Assembly: GCA_964016885.1 (NCBI GenBank)
Contig: OZ024745.1
Location: 132,556,001 to 132,620,000 of the forward strand
Direction: 5' to 3'
DNA: 64,000 nt
Origin: Eledone cirrhosa
Lineage: Eukaryota
Position 1 is the stretch's first letter. Every line of letters begins with the position of its first letter. The translations under genes were made by a program, and so were the position numbers. Positions 54,749 through 64,000 of the stretch are shown here, piece after piece. The notes under the pieces were generated by a model, which did not search any database, was not told where the DNA came from, and was given only the letters and a program-made list of their open reading frames with translations.

Positions 54749-54938
54749 AAGGCGGTGGATTGGCAGTATCGGTAGAAGGTCGGATGCCATGCTTTGCAGC
54801 ATAGGGTTACGCTCTTTTACGGTCTGAGTTCAAATTCCGCCGAGTTTAACTTTGCCTTTCATCCTTACGGGGTTGATAAAATAAAGTACCAGTAATGTAC
54901 TGGGATAATTTCTGGCTTTGTGCCGAAAGTAGAAACAC
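54749..54938 (+). mobile_element. Meta-domain SINE (short form, young) with 13-bp TSD
   Basis: TSD ttatatctaacat at 54736-54748 and 54939-54951. Confidence 0.95.
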
Positions 54939-55890
54939 TTATATCTAACATTTAAATACGCACCATACATACCCAAGTCTCTACATGGAATAATTTACCA
55001 AATAATTCTTCACTACAGCTGAACACTTGTCGTATTTTCTCCGCCTATCTGCCTCTGTATGTTTTGGTTGCACACAACATATATTTACCTTTCCAGTCTG
55101 GGAATCACTATCTGGTAATTAATGCATTGAAATCATAAATTATGTAATCTATTAACTGAACGTAATGAATTTCCCAATCTATTAGGAACTATTTGTCTTC
55201 ATCTAATGCATCTAAGCTAATTAATCTTGGAGAAGCTCAGATTCCTCCACGTTTCAGTCATCAGTATTCTTGAAAGATATCGCATTTGATATAGCATAAA
55301 ACTATCTCTTTACATAATCCTTCCAGTAATGCACATTGTAGTGTATATCGGTACGCAGTATGTATTTTAAATATACGTGGGCTGGGCAAATAAGAGTAAA
55401 GAGATTTGGCATACAATGGACAAAACGTAATACTGGTGACAGTGTGGGAAAGGAAGATAGTTTAGCCACGAGACCGGCAGTAATAAGTCGTGCTGAATTA
55501 ACATATAAAAATAATATGCAAACATTTGACTGTCGGCAAAGAATTGATTTTTTCTTGGTTTCTTGGTAGGAAAGAGTAGAGAACAGAAAAATAATGAGAT
55601 TAAAACGGTATTACCAAGATCTATGTCATAATCTATTACAAAGAACAGTAAAGTTGTTCAAATATTTGTTTCATTATTCTAAGTTCTTGTATTATTCAAA
55701 TCTGATTAATATTCTATATCAGTATCAAAGGAAAAAAAAATTAGAAACAAAGAAAACTCAGTTTAATGAAACAAATATATTACTCCATCGAATTCATAAA
55801 GCTAAACATCTATTTAAGCTGATAATATCCAGATTTTCTATTATACATAATTTTCGAAATATATTTTCATATTACTGCAAAAATTGGTTG

Positions 55891-56923
55891 CAGAGTGTCA
55901 TGTTTGTGAACCTTACCCCTAGAGGGAAATTAACTAACCAGTGTAGAAAGGCCCTGCGAAAGACCCACTTAAAGATTAAGGTAGTAGAAAAGACAGGAAC
56001 CGCCATACAATCCCTGATCAGCGAAACCTACCCTTTTAAGAAAACCCACTGTACTATTAGGAAATGTATTATATGTAAAGTAAACCCCCTGATAAACTGT
56101 AAAAATAGAAACGTACTCTATAGCATAAGATGTACAGAGGGTACTTGCAGAAACATGACAACAACATACATAGGCGAGACAGCTCGTAGCATAGGTGAAA
56201 GGATAGACCAACACTGGGGGAAACTAAAAGGACGAAAAAACGGTTCAGTTCTATACGATCATGCCAGACAACAACACGACAGAAACATAGACACCATAGA
56301 AATTAGAATAATATCTAAACATAGAAATGACCCAGCAGATAGGAAAATCAGAGAGGCCAGCAAAATAGAACTTAGAAGGCCAAGGCTAAACAGAAAAAAT
56401 GAATGGAATAACAACAACACCCAAACAAACAACACTGACCTAAGCGAAGTATAAATAAATAAATAAATAAATGCACAAGCACAATAACAACAAACACATA
56501 TAAACACATGCTCGTAAACTAAGATAGAATACAATAACCAATACATAGTCACCCAACACGAACATACATCAAACAAAATACTACACGCACACGCAAACGC
56601 ATGCGCAGAGATAAATAAATAAATAAATAAATAAACAGACTAAATAAAGATGGCGTAGGCATACAATACAACGGGAGGAAACATAATAGCACCACTGACG
56701 ATGTTGCAGATGTGCAATGAAAGAACTTTGTTAGACTATATATATATGTGTTTGTGTCTATATTGTATCTGTATTTTTGACCGTGGGTCAGTCAATGGTA
56801 TCATTGAGGACCGAATAAACTAAATTAACCGATATAAAAGACACAGAAGCGAAAACCAACCAAACAGTGAGTGTGTTCTATTATTAATTCTGGCAATATT
56901 ATTACACAAATATGACTCTCCCC
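55891..56923 (+). mobile_element. 5'-truncated Penelope-like retroelement (GIY-YIG endonuclease plus 3' pLTR)
   Basis: Open frame to 56454: SVMFVNLTPRGKL..KVVEKTG..CTIRKCIIC..C..NVLYSIRC...YIGETARSIGERIDQH..H...H..RKIREASKI..LN. The 3' UTR has a hammerhead motif and ends at (TA)n. The ORF part upstream of ~55890 looks like unrelated AT-rich flank. Confidence 0.9.
56690..56735 (+). ncRNA. Degenerate minimal hammerhead in the PLE pLTR
   Basis: Reads ca-CTGACGA-t-gttgca gatg tgcaat-GAAA-gaac-TT-tg. Stem I is only 2 bp. Confidence 0.65.
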
Positions 56924-59387
56924 ATATATATATATATATATATATATGAGACGGCAGTACTCGACAAAATAGACCTCCCTATATTATTATTAATCCTTGA
57001 TAAAACCAAGTAATATGTGGTGAGATTGGCTCCCTTATATTGGATGGAAGTAAATATTAAATTGAAAGAATGTCATTTCAGCTATTTCATTCAATTCTAC
57101 ACCAACTGAATACGTAATATAATCTATAGAACTATACAGTTGGCAAGTACAAATTACTGTTGAAAATTTGAATTCGGAAAATAAAAATAACTGAGAAAAA
57201 CGAAAAATGTTCCTTTAGGCATTTGAATCATGTTACCTCGTGAAATACCTCCAGGAAAATACAAACCTTTGAACCTAAATATATAGTATATATTCAAAAT
57301 ATATACATATGTATGTTTGTATATGCTTATATATATATATATATATGTATAAATGTATGTATGTGTGCTTCGTATCAATTTAATCATATCTCTAATTAAA
57401 TTAGGTGTTTATTCATTTTTTTATCTCATACTTCTCATGGTGTTTGCCAAAACACGAAAAGCCTATGGAAATACGCTTGAGAATAATTAACGCCATTCAT
57501 AAATGTTTATGTTACTGAGATTCCTCGTGTGTTTCTATTAGAATATACCGTGCATTTTTATCTAAGAATGATGTACGGTGTTAAATGTAACAGAGGCCAT
57601 ATAACGAATTTATTTTATTAGCAAACTGAGCTATGTGTGTTATTTATGGACAAACATTTGTTCTATTTACATAAATATTTGACATACCACTTTATGTCTA
57701 TATCTGCCATACGTCCTCCAAGGGGCCGGTTCGATGTCTTATCAATGCTGAGATTATTGTTGTTAATGCTATTGTCGTTGTTGTTGTCGTCGTTGATTTT
57801 GTTGTAGCTGTTGCTATTGTGTTGCTGTTGTCATTTACTCCGTTTGATTCGGCAGATCTATAAACAAAGGCATTTGTGTTAGCCGCCCCCATTTAATTGT
57901 GTTGCTACCATTATATATCTGCTTTCTATTGGGTGTGGGATTACTTTCGGGTCTCAAATAATGCCCCTCCCTCCCGTTTATTAATCTTTCAGATTTTTTC
58001 CAGCTCGCTAAGCTTATTAAATTTTGCTAATAAATCCCCGGCGAAATTTTATTTTAAGTGGTAACATTCCTGCGACAATTCATTTTCTTTATACCTTAAA
58101 AAACATTAAACATGACAAAGAGGGACTTTACTAGAAATCCCATTTGCTATAAAATAAACAAGAATGTTTGAGGTCTCAATAAGTAAACTAAACGACTAAA
58201 ATATCAACAGAGACAATCTAGAAAAATTACTGATTTTCCACCCCAGCCCCAACATATTCCACCCATTCTCCCAGTTATTACAACCCCCCCCCGCTTATTT
58301 CACCCCCCCCCCCTATCATTTTGCATACGAAATTAGTTTGTCTGAGCGCTGCTGTGTATCTATTCCTTTAGGTCGAGAAATGTTGGCGTCAGGCTCTCGA
58401 TTGCGGTGTTCTTAATATTCCATTGGTGATGTCTATTGAGAATTATTTTAGTTCCTATTGTATGAGTGACTTCCTTAACCTATCTGGCTATTGTGTCAGG
58501 CATGTATGTTGAAATGATTTTCATCTTGATATTTTCCAGTGAGCCACTATTTCCTTCTGCCATCATTTCTTCTACCGTAGTTTTAAGAATTATTTCTTCT
58601 AAAACCATTGGCAACTGATTTGAGATTATTTAATTACAAAGAATTCTGATAACTAAAACTAAATACTGTGATTATTCTAAAATACCATATATTTTACTAG
58701 ATAACTTAACCTATGTTATATGTCTGTGCTGCATCATTGTAATTTTCTAATCTTCACATATATCCTAAACTGTATTACTATACAACGGAAATCATCAGGA
58801 AGTATGTGACTCATCAGCAACCCACGTCTGGAACAGGATATAGTAGTTCACCTGATGAGGTAACATCGACCAACACAACCCAGTTATTTTTGTTACGTAC
58901 AATAAGTTGATCTCATTTACCTTCTTTTCATTTATCTTCCATTCCATGTGTCCTTCTCCATTGTTTTCCATATCTATTCTAGAGATATCCTGTAGGCTGA
59001 ACATTACTACACGTTGCTACCATCATTGTAGAGCCAATGTTTTTCCTTGTCCTGCTTTTAGTTTAACCAAGAATCCATGATGTACTATACAAGATGGAAT
59101 TGTTTGAATCTCTATTGTATCAGAACTGTACTGTGTCTTTTAAATGTTACGTTTTCAAGTCATATTTCAGTCAGATATATTTCATGTATTTATATTTTCA
59201 AAATGACAAACAGTCATTTTCATATGTTTGATGGTATAATAGAACAAAATAATTTATTGAAAAGAATGTATATATAAAGTCCATTGACATACACCATATA
59301 CCTTCCCTCTAGTTATGTGACGTCACTGAATTTAGATAGCTGACATTTTATTATGCACGCTTGTGAACAACAGAGTCTCCCCGGTAC

Positions 59388-59430
<43 letters not shown>

Positions 59431-59433
<3 letters not shown>

Positions 59434-59593
59434 CGATGGAAATGTGGTAAGGAACCAGGTGGACCATAACGCACCAAAGTACTCAATACTTAGGGTAGTA
59501 GAGTTGGTAATAGGAACGAGTAGGACCCCGACGGCTAATTCCAGAATTAGCCGTCGAAACGGCTTGAGCTCAGCTGTCGGGGTCCTACTCGTT

Positions 59594-59598
<5 letters not shown>
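59431..59598. mobile_element. PLE-like fold-back mini element between two (TA)n runs
   Basis: Arms 59510-59536 / 59572-59598 (one mismatch). An inner hairpin gacggctaatt/aattagccgtc is followed by GAAA. The left-side tail is shared with 12505-12565. Confidence 0.75.
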
Positions 59599-59668
<70 letters not shown>

Positions 59669-59861
59669 TTATTTATCTTGTTGACTTACGTTTCATTTAT
59701 AAAAGCTTCGTCTTCTTTCAAAATGCATAAACATATGATTACTGAACTGAGAACTGAAAGAGAAATTGGTAAATTTTACACAACACCACTATTAACTGAT
59801 ATTTAGATAGGTTTTATTTTTCAATATTATCAAGTGTACTTAAATAATATTAATATAGTTT

Positions 59862-60014
59862 AACCTCGGCGGGATTTAAACTCAGAACGGCCCTTGCCAT
59901 TCTGAGTTCAAATCCCGCCGAGGTTAACTTTGCCTTTCATCCTTACGGGGTCGATAAAATAAAGTACCAGTAATGCACTGGGTAATTGCTGGCCTTGTGC
60001 CAAAAGTAGAAACA
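59862..60014 (+). mobile_element. Meta-domain SINE with 5' inverted duplication and 13-bp TSD
   Basis: TSD attaatatagttt at 59849-59861 and 60015-60027. Arms 59860-59891 / 59896-59927. Confidence 0.92.
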
Positions 60015-60834
60015 ATTAATATAGTTTGAATTAAAATGTATTTACTGTATTCATTGAGTTCCAAGTTCTATATGAACTATAGGCTAATTTCATAGTGTTA
60101 AGGTGCTTGTGAGAAACGTTGAGTGACTTAACAAACATGGAGATTTGCAGTCAATAACCCATGCAAACTTGTCAAATTCACAGTTTTAAACGACTGTAAA
60201 TACAGCTGAGTTAAATGATTTTCAAGTCTTATGACAATATTTTCTTAATAGAATCCAAGAGGTTGCTTAATATCTACTGTTTCACCAATGAAATATAATT
60301 TTAAATCAAAACTATCAGTACAAAGTAATTCACAATTAATAAGATCATGGATATTTATATTGACAATTCAATTCTTTTTGAAAATATAATAACTGAAGAG
60401 TAGGCGAATGTATATTTGCAAAATGAATGAATCAAAATATACGAACTTTTCAACTAGAGTATACTAACTTCAAAGGACAATTCAACATAATTGCATTCAG
60501 GACGGAGGGATTTAAAACCATATATCGCAATAAATTATGTTGGCACACCACTGAGATAGCTGTGACATGAAAACACACTAAAACATTCATAGCGCAATTC
60601 TTCTATGTTCCTCCAACATAAACATGTCATATATGCCTTCATATACTCTTCTATTATGAAACACTCCATGTTAATTCTAATGATATTTATTTCTCTGTGG
60701 TCAAGTTCTTATTATAAACAAATGAACATATCCAGTCGATGTTTCATACTTGATTAAACCATTGCTTAATCTTGCCGAAGTAAAGATTGAATAAATGTCA
60801 TAGATGACGGATAAAAATACACAAAATAAGAAAT

Positions 60835-60924
60835 CAGTCACTGAGCAGGTCACATAATGTGTGACGAAAGAGCTTTGACAATATATAAACAACCATCCGG
60901 TTATTGAACCAACTAACCGAAAAT
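60835..60924 (+). mobile_element. Second, decayed copy of the 40554-40775 hammerhead element
   Basis: cagtcactgagcaggtcacataatgtgtgacgaaagagctttgacaatatataaacaaccatccggttattgaaccaactaacc aligns with 40576-40665. The core is mutated to CTGAGCA. Confidence 0.85.
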
Positions 60925-60949
60925 CAGGTTGAAGAAATAGCAACGAAGA

Positions 60950-61430
60950 AGGAGATGAGAAACATGTAAATATTAAATACAGTAAGATCTAGGAAGAGCA
61001 ATGGAGATTTAAAGGCCAGGAACTAGCAGTAATGCTCAATATTTCTCCTTCCTCCAATTCTACTGCTATAAAATATCCAGGCTATCGATATATCCTTTCA
61101 TGAATCCAACTTTAGTTCCTGAGAGATATATTGACCTCGACAAATGTTTGTTGGTTGATTCCCTTGCGGTATCTTTAGATCTCTATGCCAAATATTCTAA
61201 CATTTCGTTGAGAAATTATTATTTCGAAAAATACAGATTTCACTGTTGTTATAAAGATAAGGCATTTTTCGATTTCCCTGTTAGTAAACAATGTATTTTA
61301 GGCCAGTGTAAATCGTGAAATTTTTAGATAGTTGTCTCGGTATCTTAAAGTACAAAAATTAATTAAGCTTTGAATAGAAGGTTTGCCAGGTACCTGAGAG
61401 AAATGCGTGTCGCAGATGACTTTGCCTTGG
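60950..61430 (+). mobile_element. Very decayed LINE (RTE-like) RT remnant
   Basis: Weak motif traces only (KSNGDL, DFPVSKQCILG, VADDFAL). Confidence 0.35.
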
Positions 61431-61930
61431 AAATACATTCTTAAAATATAATATGATGATTATACACCCACATTCTGTTATCCTTTAAAGGTGCAGCGTC
61501 ACTAATCTGCAGTAATCCATTTTCTGTTAGACTAACGAAATCTTTGGTATATTACTGTGTATTATGACACATCATTTCTGTTATTTAATATTTCACCACG
61601 TACTTCACTAATCCTTAACTCTTCCTCCCAAGGCAAACACAACGCAGACACACATATATACACACTCGTAAACACACACATATATATATATATATTAGAA
61701 TTGGAGCTCTGAAATAGCAATATATATATGGATGTATATGTAAACAATAGCTTACGGTCTTCAAAATGCTTTTAATTAAGCATAAAGTGTATTGCAAAAT
61801 ACATTATATATACATCCATATATATATATATAAAGAGAGAGAGAGAGAGAGGGAGGGAAAGAGAAATGTACAGACATACACATACACCTACACACCCACA
61901 CATTGCTCTCTCTCTCTCTCTCTCTCTCTA

Positions 61931-61987
<57 letters not shown>

Positions 61988-62092
61988 GAAAATAACAGAT
62001 AATAAATATTTGCTCTACGGTTCTCATATATTTGATATATATTTATCCTTATCGAGCCCTCTTTGGATTTTAGTCTTCAAATCTATTATTAT

Positions 62093-62143
<51 letters not shown>

Positions 62144-63324
62144 CCCTATCGAGCCTTCTTCGGATTTTAGTCTCCATAATTATTATTCCTATATGTAAAT
62201 GAAACAAACAAAAGACAGTAGGCAAACTTACACAGTTATACTAGGCTGTGTGAGGTCTATGTCGAGGCGCTGTAAGCCATCATAGACGTCACACCACGAG
62301 CATCGAAAACCTGAGACAAAATACCTCCAGGAATCTTCCAAAGAACTGAAGAATGCAATGGTATACAGAGAGGCGTAGACAAAAGATTTAACTGGTTTGT
62401 CCCAGGTGTGGAACCAACCTAACTAATATATGTCTATAGAGCAGTCATGGTTATTTTAAACATGCTTGCTCGAGCGTCTTCATCGATCATCTTTTCTTTA
62501 TCTGTATTTAACTTTCCATATATCTATATCTGTGTGTCCATACATAGACACACAATCAAACACACAGACGCAGCTACGCACACACACACACACGCACACA
62601 TACACTGACACATACTCTCACACACACACACTCACATACACACACTCACATACACACATACACACACACTCACACACACTCACACATACACACACACTCA
62701 CACATACTCACGCACACGCACACACACACACACTCACATACACACATACACACACACACTCACACACACTCAGACACACTCACACACACTCACACATACA
62801 CACACACACTCACACACACACTCACACACCCTCACACATTCTCACACACTCACAAACACACACACACACACACACATGGAATGCTCTTCAAACAATGCTT
62901 GTTCACTTTACCTTGTATAAATCTAACTATTTTTACCTCATTTTTTAACTTCTCATATTTTCTGTTCTATTAGTTTTGTTTTCTCTCTGTAAAACACGAT
63001 TTCCATATTTTTATTTAACTCTTCTCCTAGCTTTCACTTTCTCATTGTTTCCAATATTGCTTGCAGATAATTGATTTATCTTAAACAGTCTTTTCTTTCC
63101 ATTTCTAATCCTAACCTTTTTACTTTTAGTCATCTATTCATGATTCGTTTCAAACAATTATTGTTCGGTCCCAGTTTTTTCTTCACGCAGCTGTTTCTAG
63201 TAGTTGTATTTCCTATAAATTATGTATGCGACAATATTTAAAAAAAAATAATATTCATTTAATATTAAATATAACGAATAACGTAGAGATTTTAAATTAT
63301 TACATTTCATTCTATTTTATCAAC

Positions 63325-64000
63325 CTTCAAACATTATTTCCTTACTGATAATACTGTATCAATAATAAACATTATGTCCTTACTGTCAATACCCTATCAA
63401 TATCAAACATTATGGTGGATTGGCAGTATCGGTAGAGGGTCGGACGCCATGCTTTGCAGCAAACAGTTACCGCCCTTTATGGTCTGAGTTTAAATCCCAC
63501 CGGGTTAACTTTGCCTTTCATCCTTACGGGGTCGATAAAATAAAGTACCACTAATATACTGGGATAATTGCTGGCCTTGTGTCAAAAGTAGAAACACTTA
63601 TTTCCTTACTGTCAACATTGTATCAATATCAAATATTATTTCCTTACTGTCAATATTATATCAATATCATATATTCTTTCCTTACAGTCAATATTGTATC
63701 AATATCATACATTCTTTCCTTACTGTCAATATTGTATCAATATCAAACATTATTTCCTTACTGTCAATATTGTATCAATATCAAACATTATTTCCTTACT
63801 GTCAATATTGTATCAATATCAAATATTATTTCCTTACTGTCAATATTATATCAATATCAAACATTATTTCCTTACTGTCAATATTGTATCAATATCATAT
63901 ATTCTTTCCTTACAGTCAATATTGTATCAATATCAAATATTATTTCCTTACTGTCAATATTGTATCAATATCAAACATTATTTCCTTACTGTCAATATTG
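63325..64000. repeat. 38-bp minisatellite running off the window end, interrupted by a SINE
   Basis: Unit tatttccttactgtcaatattgtatcaatatcaaacat, with period 38 (63601, 63639, 63677...). Confidence 0.95.
63414..63597 (+). mobile_element. Meta-domain SINE (short form) inside the minisatellite
   Basis: Full head ggtggattggcagtatcggtagag, Meta core and tail ggccttgtgtcaaaagtagaaacac. Confidence 0.95.

Noticed and set aside
55594-55890. N-terminal third of the 286-aa ORF as a novel domain fused to GIY-YIG
   Set aside because: It is low-complexity AT-rich flank that happens to be in frame. Composition changes abruptly at ~55890.
58790-58870. Cluster of CTGATGA cores on both strands
   Set aside because: No correctly placed stem II plus GAAA. 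The region looks like a decayed LINE.

Overview
AT-rich animal genomic DNA packed with microsatellites. The repeat content (many copies of a tRNA-headed SINE with a Meta-type central domain) suggests an octopod cephalopod, but this is inference. I find no convincing host exon, so the window reads as intergenic or part of a very large intron. Almost all ORFs in the track are microsatellite or antisense artefacts. Supported content: (1) a near full-length but inactivated ~6.5-kb Helitron (Rep/PIF1 helicase, minus strand, intact 3' hairpin+CTAG); (2) a decayed Hsmar1-like mariner with both TIRs; (3) a 5'-truncated Penelope-like element (PLE) with a GIY-YIG endonuclease and a downstream hammerhead motif, plus a PLE RT remnant; (4) CRE, R4/Dong, RTE and L1-like LINE fragments; (5) about 15 Meta-domain SINE copies or fragments, several with clean 13-16-bp TSDs, plus CORE-type and Deu/Nin-type SINE pieces; (6) four minisatellites. 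The most notable unexplained pattern is a recurring set of short non-coding inserts sitting in or beside (TA)n tracts. Some are asymmetric fold-backs (hairpin plus one-sided tail, up to a 404-bp spacer-less perfect palindrome). Others carry minimal hammerhead ribozyme motifs, and several share end sequences with the PLE. There is also a bipartite RTE-derived mini-element with a possible HDV-like ribozyme.
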